From the NCBI GenBank assembly GCA_009602735.1, contig WELA01001485.1, positions 186,001 through 214,149 on the forward strand: DNA of 28,149 nt, read 5' to 3'. How positions within the stretch are numbered: the first letter of the stretch is position 1; the number at the start of each line of letters is the position of its first letter. The position numbers and the translations under genes are program-made. Origin of the DNA: Mesotaenium endlicherianum (taxonomy: Eukaryota). The notes beneath the pieces are model-generated. The model was not told the origin of the DNA. It did not search any database and saw nothing but the letters and a program-made list of their open reading frames with translations. Shown here in pieces: positions 1 through 9,653 of the stretch.

Positions 1-631
1 CACGAAATGGCCCCATTTGTCTTTTATAATCTCCTTAGCGGGAACGGGTGTATCGGGCGCAGAAGTATTGCTGAAACAGCAAACGGACCCTTTAAAAAAT
101 GCAGTAAATGGCGATACATACAATGCTTTCTATTCACTTACGAAACAAACACTACAAATTATTCATGATCATGCTAATGAAAATGACTCGTTGATATTGA
201 ATAGGGCAAAAGAATTATTTGCCAGTTGGAAAAATGGTTTACCCGATAGCATTTTAACACCGCTTAATGCAAAAAAAGTAACACCAGAGATATATGCTGA
301 TTTCCAAGTCAAAGCGGAATTGAAGCCCTGGCTTAAATATTTTATTGCTACGGAACCGGATCTGTTTTGGAGTAAAGTAAAATGCCCGGTATTGGTATTA
401 AATGGCGGGAAAGACATCCAGGTATACCCGGAACAGAATGTGTCTGCGATTACAGCGTCACTAAACAAAGCCGGAAATAAAAATGTAACGGCTAAGATCT
501 TCTCCGGATTAAACCATTTGTTTCAGCATTGTACCAAATGCACCATCCAGGAATATGCACAATTGTCAGAAACCTTCGCCCCGGAAGTATTAGAAGTAAT
601 GAACAATTGGCTCGTTAGTAAAATACTGTAA
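1..631 (+). CDS. Alpha/beta-fold hydrolase, 5'-truncated by the window edge
   Basis: The frame is open from base 2 (TKWPHLSFIISLAGTG...). The C-terminal half has CPVLVLNGGKDIQV (acid Asp) and GLNHLFQ (catalytic His). The nucleophile Ser would lie upstream of the window. Confidence 0.85.
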   Translation, partial: TKWPHLSFIISLAGTGVSGAEVLLKQQTDPLKNAVNGDTYNAFYSLTKQTLQIIHDHANENDSLILNRAKELFASWKNGLPDSILTPLNAKKVTPEIYADFQVKAELKPWLKYFIATEPDLFWSKVKCPVLVLNGGKDIQVYPEQNVSAITASLNKAGNKNVTAKIFSGLNHLFQHCTKCTIQEYAQLSETFAPEVLEVMNNWLVSKIL

Positions 632-754
632 ATACCCCATTTCTCAAGCAACTATTTCAAGGGCTTTCGAGCAAACGGTTACCGTCAATATGGAATCGTG
701 TATGGAGTTGCTTAGCTACTTCCAGGTTGGTTTTTTTGAATCGCCCCCTTCCCT

Positions 755-786
755 CCCAAAATGAAAAAACCACCCCAAAATGAAAA
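755..786 (+). promoter_or_regulatory. Perfect 13-bp direct repeat CCCAAAATGAAAA x2; candidate enhancer (UAS) for a sigma54 activator
   Basis: Copies at 755-767 and 774-786, about 100-130 bp upstream of a GG-N10-GC element. The function is inferred from position. Confidence 0.55.
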
Positions 787-886
787 GGTATAGCGGAGCG
801 GCTTTTTCTACCTCTTTTTTCTGCTGTAACAGCGAACCCTTACAAACAAAGGGTTTGCCATTCCCAATACGCTAACCTGTCTTTAG

Positions 887-902
887 TGGCATCCTTTTGG
901 CG
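887..902 (+). promoter_or_regulatory. Putative sigma54 (-24/-12) promoter of the kdp operon
   Basis: TGGCATCCTTTTGGCG has GG at 888-889, exactly 10 nt, then GC at 900-901 (consensus TGGCAC-N5-TTGC). It ends about 20 bp before the first small ORF. Confidence 0.65.
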
Positions 903-921
903 CATCGCTCAAAAACATGCT

Positions 922-1005
922 ATGCAAACAATACTGCTCATTGCCGTCGGGCTCGTCCTCTTCGCCCTGTTTTTCAAATTCATTCAATGGTTCGAAAAAA
1001 TATAA
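922..1005 (+). CDS. 27-aa single-TM membrane peptide upstream of kdpF (MQTILLIAVGLVLFALFFKFIQWFEKI)
   Basis: Translated by hand: ATG at 922, TAA at 1003-1005. It has a hydrophobic helix plus an amphipathic tail, an A-rich upstream region, and a 3-nt gap to kdpF. Confidence 0.75.
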   Translation: MQTILLIAVGLVLFALFFKFIQWFEKI

Positions 1006-1008
1006 TCC

Positions 1009-1086
1009 ATGTTATTACTATTCATTATTGCTATCCTGGTTTTCTGCTACCTCTGTTATGTACTGGTAAAACCCGAGAAATTTTAA
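1009..1086 (+). CDS. kdpF: K+-transporting ATPase subunit F (MLLLFIIAILVFCYLCYVLVKPEKF, 25 aa)
   Basis: Translated by hand. It has the KdpF signature YL.YVL..PE[KR]F at the C-terminus and ends 19 bp before kdpA. Confidence 0.95.
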   Translation: MLLLFIIAILVFCYLCYVLVKPEKF

Positions 1087-1105
1087 ACCATAAGCAGCCT
1101 TTATT

Positions 1106-2806
1106 ATGAACACAGAAATTTTAGGCATCAGTATCACTTTCATCCTTACACTTTTATTGGCCATCCCATTAGGCCGGTACATAGGGAAAGTGTATAGCGA
1201 AGAAAAAAACTGGCCCGACAGATTCCTGGCACCGCTCGACCGCCTGTTCTTTAAACTGTCGGGCATCAGGCCGGAAAAAGAAATGAACTGGAAACAGCAC
1301 CTCACAGCCTTGCTTACCATCAACCTGGTATGGTTTCTCTTTTCCATGTTTATACTCATGAACATGCAATGGCTGCCGCTCAACCCCGATGGCAACCCCG
1401 GCATGTCGGCCGATCTGGCTTTCAATACCACCATCAGTTTCGTCAGCAATACCAACCTGCAGCACTATAGTGGCGAGACAGGCGTTTCCTACCTCGGTCA
1501 ATTGGTGTTGATGTTATTCCAATTCATCAGTGCAGGTGCAGGTATGGCTGTTTGCGCAGTAGTATTTCATGCAATGAAAGAAAGAACCACGGACAAACTC
1601 GGCAATTTCTATAACTACTTTGTGAAAAGCTGCACCAGGATATTGTTGCCGCTTTCAATTGTGCTGGCCCTGTTACTGGTATTCAATGGTACACCCATGA
1701 CCTTCCAGGGTAAGTCACAGTTTATTTCATTACAGGGAGATACGGTAAATGTGTCAAGGGGTCCTGCCGCAGCGATGGTGGCCATCAAGCAACTGGGCAC
1801 CAATGGCGGCGGCTTTTTCGGCGCCAACTCTGCCCACCCCCTGGAGAACCCCAACTATTTCACCAATATGGCTGAATGTGCTTCTATCTTTCTCATTCCA
1901 GTGGCGATGGTTTTTGCTATGGGCTATGTACTCAAGAAAAGAAGACTGGCCTGGACCATCTTTGGCGTCATGACCATTGGGTGCCTGCTCTTCCTCCTGC
2001 CTTCTGTGTATTATGAAATGAAGGGCAATCCTGCTATTACACAAATGGGCATCAACCAGCAAATGGGTAGCATGGAAGGAAAAGAAGTCAGGTTCGGTTC
2101 GGCAGCCACCGCTTTCTGGTCGGTCGTTACTACGGTTACTTCCAATGGTTCTGTCAATGGCGTGCACGATAGTCTTACTCCATTATCGGGTATGATGGCC
2201 ATGCTGGGCATGATGGTGAATTCGTTTTACGGAGGTGTAGGCGTGGGCTTTCTCAACTTCTACATTTTTATCATCATCGCTGTTTTCATCAGTGGATTGA
2301 TGGTAGGCAGAACACCAGAGTTCCTTGGAAAAAAAATCGAAGCCAAAGAAATGAAGATTGCCGTGATCATTGCATTACTGCACCCACTGCTAATCCTCTC
2401 AGCCACTGCTTTGTCTTCCCATCTTTATGCGCACGACCCCGCAACTTATGCCGGCTGGCTCAACAACCCGGGCAGTCACGGTTTCAGCGCCATGTTGTAT
2501 GAATACACTTCCTCTGCCGCTAACAATGGCAGCAATTTTGCCAGTCTGGGCAACAATACACCGTACTGGAATATCACCTGTGGTATCGTGATGTTGTTGT
2601 CGCGCTTCCTGCCCATCATTGGTCCATTGGCCATTGCAGGCATCCTGGCGAAGAAAAAATACATCCCCCAAAGTGCAGGAACACTTAAAACAGATACCGG
2701 CACATTCGGTATCATGGTGCTGGCAGTGATCTTTATCGTTGCGGCACTGAGCTTTTTCCCTGCGCTGACCCTTGGCCCTTTGGCTGAATTTTTTGGAATG
2801 AAATAA
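1106..2806 (+). CDS. kdpA: K+-transporting ATPase subunit A
   Basis: Four pore-loop motifs (NTNLQHY, KQLGTNGGG, TSNGS, AANNGS) plus GLMVGRTPEFLGKKIE; 566 aa. Confidence 0.98.
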   Translation: MNTEILGISITFILTLLLAIPLGRYIGKVYSEEKNWPDRFLAPLDRLFFKLSGIRPEKEMNWKQHLTALLTINLVWFLFSMFILMNMQWLPLNPDGNPGMSADLAFNTTISFVSNTNLQHYSGETGVSYLGQLVLMLFQFISAGAGMAVCAVVFHAMKERTTDKLGNFYNYFVKSCTRILLPLSIVLALLLVFNGTPMTFQGKSQFISLQGDTVNVSRGPAAAMVAIKQLGTNGGGFFGANSAHPLENPNYFTNMAECASIFLIPVAMVFAMGYVLKKRRLAWTIFGVMTIGCLLFLLPSVYYEMKGNPAITQMGINQQMGSMEGKEVRFGSAATAFWSVVTTVTSNGSVNGVHDSLTPLSGMMAMLGMMVNSFYGGVGVGFLNFYIFIIIAVFISGLMVGRTPEFLGKKIEAKEMKIAVIIALLHPLLILSATALSSHLYAHDPATYAGWLNNPGSHGFSAMLYEYTSSAANNGSNFASLGNNTPYWNITCGIVMLLSRFLPIIGPLAIAGILAKKKYIPQSAGTLKTDTGTFGIMVLAVIFIVAALSFFPALTLGPLAEFFGMK

Positions 2807-2816
2807 TTGATTGAAT

Positions 2817-4880
2817 ATGTCAAAACACAGAACAACCCGGCTTTTTGAACGCGAGCTCGTTGCAGAAGCGCTGAAACAATCTTTCATCAAGCTCAATCCC
2901 CGCATCCTGTTCCGCAACCCTGTAATGTTTACCGTGGAAATCGGTTGTATCATCATGCTGGGCGTATGTTTATGGATACTCAGCGGCAACCGGTCGCAAG
3001 GCAGTCTCACCTACAATATCCTTGTCTTCGCCATACTCTTTATCACCATTTTGTTTGCCAATTTCGCTGAAGCCCTTGCAGAAGCCCGTGGTAAAGCACA
3101 AGCCAATAGCCTGCGTAAGACAAGGGAAGAAACGCCTGCCAAATGGATCCAAACAGTAGGAGAAATATTCGTGAATGAGATCAAGATCGTTCCTTCTTCC
3201 CGTTTGAAAAAAGGTGATCTGTTTTTATGCGAAGCAGGCGATATCATTCCGATGGACGGAGAGATCGTACAAGGCCTGGCCACCATCGATGAAAGCGCTA
3301 TCACCGGCGAATCGGCTCCCGTGATCAGGGAAGCTGGTGGTGATAAAAGTTCCGTTACCGGCGGCACCAAAGTGTTGTCGGATAAAATCAAAGTACGTGT
3401 AACTACCGAACCCGGCGAATCATTCCTCGATAAAATGATCGCATTGGTAGAAGGCGCTTCCCGGCAGAAAACACCCAATGAAATTGCACTCACCATTTTG
3501 TTGGCTGGCTTCACACTGGTGTTCGTGATCGTATGTGTTACCCTGAAACCATTTGCCGACTTTGCGCACACGCCCATTACCATCGCTGCATTCATATCCT
3601 TGTTCGTTTGCCTGATCCCTACCACCATCGGTGGTTTGCTCAGTGCTATTGGCATAGCAGGTATGGACAGGGCTTTGCGCGCCAATGTCATTACCAAAAG
3701 CGGTAAAGCAGTAGAAACAGCCGGTGACATCGATACCCTTTTGCTCGATAAAACGGGAACCATTACTATCGGTAACCGTAAAGCCACTCATTTCTGGCCT
3801 GCGGCAAACATATCGCAGCAGGATTTCATGGAAGCCTGTGTACTTGCCTCGCTTGCAGACCAGACTCCGGAGGGAAAATCCATCATTGAATTGGCTGTAG
3901 CCCAGGGCCTGAGCGCCCCATCTCTCAAAGGCGGTGAAGAAAATGGCATGCGGTTCATTGATTTTACTGCTGAAACCAGGAGCAGTGGTGTAGACCTGCC
4001 GGGTAATATTCAAATACGCAAAGGCGCTTACGATTCCATTCACCATATCGTAAGCAAAGCAGGTAATCCCTTTCCCGATGAGACCACAGAGAAAGTAAAA
4101 TCCATCGCCTCCAACGGTGGTACGCCACTGGTGGTATCGCATCAAAAAAAGGTATGGGGCGTGATAGAGTTGCAAGATATTATCAAGCCCGGCATACAGG
4201 AACGTTTTGACCGGTTACGCAAAATGGGCGTGAAAACGGTGATGGTAACCGGCGATAACCCGCTCACTGCAAGATACATTGCACAAAAAGCGGGCGTGGA
4301 TGATTTCATTGCCGAAGCAAAACCGGAAGACAAAATGAATTACATCAAAAAAGAACAGAACAGCGGTAAGCTGGTGGCTATGATGGGCGATGGCACCAAC
4401 GATGCGCCGGCACTGGCACAAGCCGATGTAGGCGTTGCCATGAACAGCGGTACACAAGCTGCTAAAGAAGCGGGCAATATGGTGGATCTTGATAATGATC
4501 CCACCAAGCTGATCGAAATAGTGGAGATTGGTAAACAACTGCTCATGACCCGCGGCACACTTACTACATTCAGCATTGCGAATGATGTGGCCAAATATTT
4601 CGCCATCGTCCCGGCGCTCTTCATCACCTCGTTGCCCTCTTTGCAGGCATTGAACATCATGCGCCTGCACAGCCCGGAAACGGCCATTCTCTCCGCCGTC
4701 ATTTTCAATGCCATCATCATACCCCTGTTAATACCCCTGGCATTGAAAGGAGTAGCTTACAGGCCCATTGGCGCCAGCGCTTTACTAAGAAGGAACCTGT
4801 TGATATACGGGTTGGGTGGCATATTGGTACCCTTCATTGGTATTAAACTGATCGATATTTTGATTGCAAACTTTTTTTAA
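2817..4880 (+). CDS. kdpB: K+-transporting P-type ATPase subunit B
   Basis: DKTGT phosphorylation motif, [29 protein letters not shown] and [17 protein letters not shown] 2817 is preferred over TTG 2811. Confidence 0.98.
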   Translation: MSKHRTTRLFERELVAEALKQSFIKLNPRILFRNPVMFTVEIGCIIMLGVCLWILSGNRSQGSLTYNILVFAILFITILFANFAEALAEARGKAQANSLRKTREETPAKWIQTVGEIFVNEIKIVPSSRLKKGDLFLCEAGDIIPMDGEIVQGLATIDESAITGESAPVIREAGGDKSSVTGGTKVLSDKIKVRVTTEPGESFLDKMIALVEGASRQKTPNEIALTILLAGFTLVFVIVCVTLKPFADFAHTPITIAAFISLFVCLIPTTIGGLLSAIGIAGMDRALRANVITKSGKAVETAGDIDTLLLDKTGTITIGNRKATHFWPAANISQQDFMEACVLASLADQTPEGKSIIELAVAQGLSAPSLKGGEENGMRFIDFTAETRSSGVDLPGNIQIRKGAYDSIHHIVSKAGNPFPDETTEKVKSIASNGGTPLVVSHQKKVWGVIELQDIIKPGIQERFDRLRKMGVKTVMVTGDNPLTARYIAQKAGVDDFIAEAKPEDKMNYIKKEQNSGKLVAMMGDGTNDAPALAQADVGVAMNSGTQAAKEAGNMVDLDNDPTKLIEIVEIGKQLLMTRGTLTTFSIANDVAKYFAIVPALFITSLPSLQALNIMRLHSPETAILSAVIFNAIIIPLLIPLALKGVAYRPIGASALLRRNLLIYGLGGILVPFIGIKLIDILIANFF

Positions 4881-4888
4881 TCATAGAT

Positions 4889-5452
4889 ATGAAACAGCAT
4901 ATTCTTCCCGCAATAAAATTAACACTGGTCTGCATAGTAGTTTTCATGGTAGCATACCCGCTGCTGATATGGATAGCGGCGCAGGCTGCCCCTGCCAGGG
5001 GACGCGGTGAAACAGTAGTATCACAAAACAAAACCGTAGGCTATCGCCTGGAAGGCCAGTCATTCACACGCGACAATTATTTTCAGGGCCGTCCCTCAGC
5101 GGCAGGATACAATGCCGCCGGCAGTACGGGCAGTAATAAAGGCCCCTCCAACCCTGATTACCTGAAAGAAGTGAACGCGCGCATCGATAGTTTCCTGGCA
5201 CACAACCCGGGAATTGAAAGAGCCGACATTCCCTCCGAGCTGGTAACGGCTTCTGGTAGCGGACTAGACCCCCATATTTCTCCGCAAGCCGCCATGGTGC
5301 AGGTAAAGAGAGTTGCTGCTTACAGGCATATTTCTGAAGAGCGGCTCAAACAGCTTGTTCAGCAATATACCGAAAGCCCGTTTTTAGGCGTTTTAGGAAC
5401 GAGTGTGGTGAATGTATTGCCATTGAACCTGGCGCTGGATCAATTAAAATAA
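4889..5452 (+). CDS. kdpC: K+-transporting ATPase subunit C
   Basis: N-terminal TM, YFQGRPSA, SN.GPSNP, VTASGSGLDPHIS and a VNVL.LNLALD end. Confidence 0.97.
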   Translation: MKQHILPAIKLTLVCIVVFMVAYPLLIWIAAQAAPARGRGETVVSQNKTVGYRLEGQSFTRDNYFQGRPSAAGYNAAGSTGSNKGPSNPDYLKEVNARIDSFLAHNPGIERADIPSELVTASGSGLDPHISPQAAMVQVKRVAAYRHISEERLKQLVQQYTESPFLGVLGTSVVNVLPLNLALDQLK

Positions 5453-5455
5453 TCA

Positions 5456-6814
5456 ATGATGCAAAGACATATACTAACGATCATCTGCTCCGCAGCATCG
5501 ATCATAGCACAAGCACAGCAAGACACCAGCAAACCTAAGATTCCTTTTGAAGGCATTGACATGACCTGGCATAATGGTAACGACCGGCGTGATTCAAGTG
5601 TATTCAAAGGTGTTTATTTCATACCCAGTATTTTACTGGATGTGAACTACAATTATTCATTCAATAATCCCATCGATAACACCGTTGTAGGATCCACCGC
5701 AATGGCCAGGCACAATGAAGTACAGTTGTCGGCCCTGCATCTTGGCGGCGATTTCACCTACCTGAATGCACACGCAAGGGTCATGACGCAATTCGGTACC
5801 CGTTCTACAGTGGTACCCAGGAACGATCTCAGCATATATCGTGGCCAATATCATCTCGATGATGTGTATCGTTACCTCAGCGAAGCCTATGCCGGTTATC
5901 ACATCGATAAATGGTATGGCATCAATATCGATGCAGGATTATTCATGTCTTATATCGGGTTGAACTCTTATTACCAGCCTGAGAACTGGGAGTACCAGGC
6001 TTCTTTCACTTCAGATAATACACCCTGGTTCTTCAACGGCATCCGCATACAGATCTTTCCTTCCAAACATATCAAGTTCGAACCCTGGATCATCAACGGA
6101 TGGCAGAGCTATGGTAAATTCAACAGCATGCCGGGTTTCGGTTTCAATTTTACCTGGATACCCAACGACTACATGAAGCTCCTCACCAACAACTATTACG
6201 GCACCGATGCCGGTGGTATTCCCGGCAGGAAACGTTTCCACTCAGATAACAGTTGGCTCGTGCGTTATTATAACCGTCCAAATTCCAGTGGCATCAGTAA
6301 AATGGCATTCTCCCTTACCGGTGACCTGGGTTTTGAAACGGGCGCCGGTGTAAAAGCTTTTGGCGGCGATGCAAATACACCATCACAAAATTTCCTGAGT
6401 GCCATGTTCTACAACCGTACCTGGTTTGCAAAAAATAAATTCGCCTGGACCATTGGTGGTGGTGTGATGACCAACCCGGGAAGGTACCTGGTACTCTATC
6501 CAACTGGCCAGGCAAGCCCCTTGCCCAATCCCAGTAACCCCACCCAAACCGAAGGAGCATTTCCCTTCAGTGCAAATCCGGGTGATCCATTCAACGGATG
6601 GGATGCTTCCACAAACCTGGATTACCTGCCCAATCAAAGTATTACCTTTCGCCTTGAATTCGTTACGCGACATGCCAGCGTGCCTTATTTTGCAGGCAGG
6701 GGTGGTGTAACTTCTCCCGACGGATACACTACTACTCCTTTGCCGCCCAACTGGAGGCCCGACCTGGTGAAATCGGAGAACAGGCTGATCCTGGCTATGC
6801 TTTTCAGACTATAA
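5456..6814 (+). CDS. Outer-membrane beta-barrel protein (putative porin) in the kdp operon
   Basis: Signal peptide ending AQA|Q, aromatic-rich amphipathic strands, a DAGLFMSYIG motif resembling putative-porin families, and a C-terminal strand LILAMLFRL. It starts 3 nt after kdpC. Confidence 0.8.
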   Translation: MMQRHILTIICSAASIIAQAQQDTSKPKIPFEGIDMTWHNGNDRRDSSVFKGVYFIPSILLDVNYNYSFNNPIDNTVVGSTAMARHNEVQLSALHLGGDFTYLNAHARVMTQFGTRSTVVPRNDLSIYRGQYHLDDVYRYLSEAYAGYHIDKWYGINIDAGLFMSYIGLNSYYQPENWEYQASFTSDNTPWFFNGIRIQIFPSKHIKFEPWIINGWQSYGKFNSMPGFGFNFTWIPNDYMKLLTNNYYGTDAGGIPGRKRFHSDNSWLVRYYNRPNSSGISKMAFSLTGDLGFETGAGVKAFGGDANTPSQNFLSAMFYNRTWFAKNKFAWTIGGGVMTNPGRYLVLYPTGQASPLPNPSNPTQTEGAFPFSANPGDPFNGWDASTNLDYLPNQSITFRLEFVTRHASVPYFAGRGGVTSPDGYTTTPLPPNWRPDLVKSENRLILAMLFRL

Positions 6815-6826
6815 TGATCTTATGCT

Positions 6827-7960
6827 ATGCCTGACGACAACAACAAAGAAAACAATGTGCAGCATTTTCTCGACCTCATTAAAAGATCGAGAAAAGGTAA
6901 GCTAAAGATATACATCGGCATGAGTGCCGGCGTGGGTAAAACTTACCGCATGTTGCAGGAAGCTCATGCGTTGTTGCGCAACGGTGTAGACGTTAAGATC
7001 GGTTATATAGAAACACATCAGCGAAAAGAAACAGAAGCCTTATTGGAAGGGTTGCCCCTGATCCCACGCAGAACATTATTTTACAAAGGCAAAGAGTTGG
7101 AAGAGCTGGATGTGCCTGCGGTACTGGCCCTTCGTCCCGAAATAGTGGTCGTTGACGAGTTGGCTCATACTAATATTGAGGGAAGTAAGAATGAAAAACG
7201 CTGGCAGGACGTGATGGACATTCTCGATGCCGGCATTCACGTGATCAGCGCTGTGAATATCCAGCACATGGAGAGCCTGAACGACGAGGTTAAACAAATC
7301 ACCGGGATAGATATGGCAGAAAGGGTGCCCGACAGCATATTGCAACAGGCCGATGAAGTAGTGAACATTGATCTCACCGCAGATGAACTGATCACCCGTT
7401 TGAAAGAAGGGAAAATATACACCCCGGATAAAATTGAGATCGCGTTGCAGCATTTTTTTCAGAGTGAAAAGATCCTGCAATTAAGAGAGCTGGCGCTCAA
7501 AGAAGTGGCATCACAGGTAGAAAGAAAGATCGAAACCGAAATGCCGGGCATCAACAATTACCGGCAGGAACGTTTCCTGGCCTGCATCAGCAGCAATCAT
7601 GAAATAGCCCGTAAAGTGATCCGCAAAACAGCACGGCTTGCCGCTTATTATAATTCCAAATGGTTTTTGCTTTATGTGCAAACACCCAGGGAAGAAGGAG
7701 ATAAAATAGGATTGGCCGCACAGCGTCACCTCATTAATAATTTTAAACTGGCTACTGAATTGGGCGCCGAAGTGATCCGCGTCAGGAGTAGTAATATTGC
7801 AAGAGGTATTTTTGAAGTCACGGGACAAAAAAACATTACCACCATTTGTATTGGCAAACCGCATATCAACCTGCTGAATGTGATCATGAGCACTGCCGTA
7901 TTCAACCAACTGCTGAATAAATTGTCTGCTTCAGATATTGATATTGTAATCCTTTCCTGA
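6827..7960 (+). CDS. kdpD: Stand-alone KdpD N-terminal domain plus Usp domain (no TM or His-kinase part)
   Basis: GKLKIYIGMSAGVGKTY (Walker A), VVVDELAHTN, KRWQDV, NIQHMESLND and LRELAL, followed by a Usp-like domain; 377 aa. Confidence 0.93.
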   Translation: MPDDNNKENNVQHFLDLIKRSRKGKLKIYIGMSAGVGKTYRMLQEAHALLRNGVDVKIGYIETHQRKETEALLEGLPLIPRRTLFYKGKELEELDVPAVLALRPEIVVVDELAHTNIEGSKNEKRWQDVMDILDAGIHVISAVNIQHMESLNDEVKQITGIDMAERVPDSILQQADEVVNIDLTADELITRLKEGKIYTPDKIEIALQHFFQSEKILQLRELALKEVASQVERKIETEMPGINNYRQERFLACISSNHEIARKVIRKTARLAAYYNSKWFLLYVQTPREEGDKIGLAAQRHLINNFKLATELGAEVIRVRSSNIARGIFEVTGQKNITTICIGKPHINLLNVIMSTAVFNQLLNKLSASDIDIVILS

Positions 7961-7961
7961 T

Positions 7962-9653
7962 ATGGCCATCAAACTAAAAACAAAACTCGGACTGGGATTA
8001 TCCTTTCTTTTCATTGTCATCCTTACTTATGGCATACTGGCCATTTTTTATATCAACCGCTTAAGCGGCGACGCGGAAAAAGTACTGAAGAACAATTACG
8101 AATCGCTCGTGTATTGTAACAATATGTTGAAATCGCTGGAAGACATTCCAGGGAAAAAAGAAGCCATACAGCTTTTCGATAACAACCTGAGCAAACAGGA
8201 AAACAACATCACGGAGATCGGCGAGAGAGAAGCCACGCAAACTTTGCGTAGAAATTTTTCAGCGCTGCTATCTAATCCGGGTGGCCCGGTCGACTATGCT
8301 ACCGTACGGCAAGACATCTTACGTATCGATGAGCTCAACCAGCAAGCCATGCTCCGGAAAAATGCCGTGGCGTTAAAAACGGCAGAGGACGCTACTTTAT
8401 GGCTGACGATCATTTTTGTAGTACTGGGGCTGGTTGCTTTCTCTTTTGTAGTGAATTTCCCCGCCATCATTGCCACTCCCGTTCGCCTGCTCAACGACGG
8501 TATACATGAGATCGCCAACAAAAATTACCGGAAAAGGATTTTCCTGCAACAGGAAGATGAGTTCGGCGAGCTGGCAGCCGCCTTTAACAGTATGGCTGAA
8601 AAGCTGGATGAATATGAGCACAGCAACCTGGCACAGATCAAGTTTGAAAAAAGCCGGATAGAGACCATCATCAACCAAATGAAAGATGGCATCATTGGAC
8701 TGGATGCTAAACGGAACATACTGTTCCTGAATCCGGTAGCTGAAACTTTGCTCGGTATCAAAGAAAGCTCTATTATAGGCATGTATGCGCCCGATGTGGC
8801 ATTGGGCAACGATCTTATGCGCACGTTACTGCATGAGGATAAAAAAGAATTGAAAATATTTGCCGACAACAAAGAAAGTTATTTCAACAAAGACACACTC
8901 AATGTAACCAATAACGAAACCATTATCGGGCAGGTGATCATTTTGCGCAACATCACTCCCTTCCATGAACTGAATACGGCTAAAACCAATTTCATCGCTA
9001 CTGTTTCACATGAACTGAAAACGCCTATTTCCGCCATCAAAATGAGTGCGCAGCTCCTCACAGACAACAGGGTAGGCTCGCTGAACAATGAGCAACAGGA
9101 GCTCATCGGCAGTATCCGCGACGATGCCGAACGGTTGCTGAAGATTACCGGCGAACTGCTGAATATGTCGCAGGTAGAAACAGGGCATATTCACCTGAAA
9201 TTACAGGCTACTAATCCGGCCTCCATCATAGAACAAGCTACGCAGGCCGTTGCATTACCTGCGCAGCAGAAAAATATTGCTATCCATCGCCAGTTGGCAA
9301 ACGACCTGCCTTCCATCCAGGCAGATGCTGAAAAAACATCCTGGGTACTGGTTAACCTGCTCACCAATGCCATCAAATATTCTTCCGAATCCTCATCCAT
9401 CGAAGTGAGTGCATCACTGCACAAAGGCAAGATCATTTTTACCGTAACCGATCATGGGAAAGGCATTGATGAGAAATACCTGCCCCGCATTTTCGACCGC
9501 TATTTTAAAGTGCCGGGGGTTCATGAAGAAACTGGCACAGGGCTGGGTCTATCCATTTCCAAAGAGTTCATTGAAGCACAACACGGACAGATATGGGCTG
9601 CGAGCCGCACCGGTGAAGGCAGTCAGTTTTCTTTTTCGTTACCCAAAGCATGA
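7962..9653 (+). CDS. Membrane sensor histidine kinase (2 TM, periplasmic helical domain, HAMP, PAS, HisKA, HATPase)
   Basis: DEFGELAAAFNSMA (HAMP), IINQMKDGIIGLD (PAS), VSHELKTP (H box), NLLTNAIKYS, DHGKGI, GTGLGLSI. Confidence 0.95.
   Translation: MAIKLKTKLGLGLSFLFIVILTYGILAIFYINRLSGDAEKVLKNNYESLVYCNNMLKSLEDIPGKKEAIQLFDNNLSKQENNITEIGEREATQTLRRNFSALLSNPGGPVDYATVRQDILRIDELNQQAMLRKNAVALKTAEDATLWLTIIFVVLGLVAFSFVVNFPAIIATPVRLLNDGIHEIANKNYRKRIFLQQEDEFGELAAAFNSMAEKLDEYEHSNLAQIKFEKSRIETIINQMKDGIIGLDAKRNILFLNPVAETLLGIKESSIIGMYAPDVALGNDLMRTLLHEDKKELKIFADNKESYFNKDTLNVTNNETIIGQVIILRNITPFHELNTAKTNFIATVSHELKTPISAIKMSAQLLTDNRVGSLNNEQQELIGSIRDDAERLLKITGELLNMSQVETGHIHLKLQATNPASIIEQATQAVALPAQQKNIAIHRQLANDLPSIQADAEKTSWVLVNLLTNAIKYSSESSSIEVSASLHKGKIIFTVTDHGKGIDEKYLPRIFDRYFKVPGVHEETGTGLGLSISKEFIEAQHGQIWAASRTGEGSQFSFSLPKA

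Noticed and set aside
632..921. c-di-AMP (ydaO) riboswitch expected before K+ transport genes (also looked for at 11649-11866)
   Set aside because: I could not recognise the conserved elements by eye. A covariance-model search would be needed to exclude it.
897..1109. 70-aa ORF in the track upstream of kdpA
   Set aside because: It starts with TTG inside the putative promoter, has no recognisable features, and overlaps the two better-supported small ORFs in another frame.
7955..7965. kdpD/kinase junction as a frameshifted pseudogene
   Set aside because: There is a clean stop and a new ATG with its own N-terminal TM, and the kinase architecture differs from the C-terminal half of canonical KdpD.
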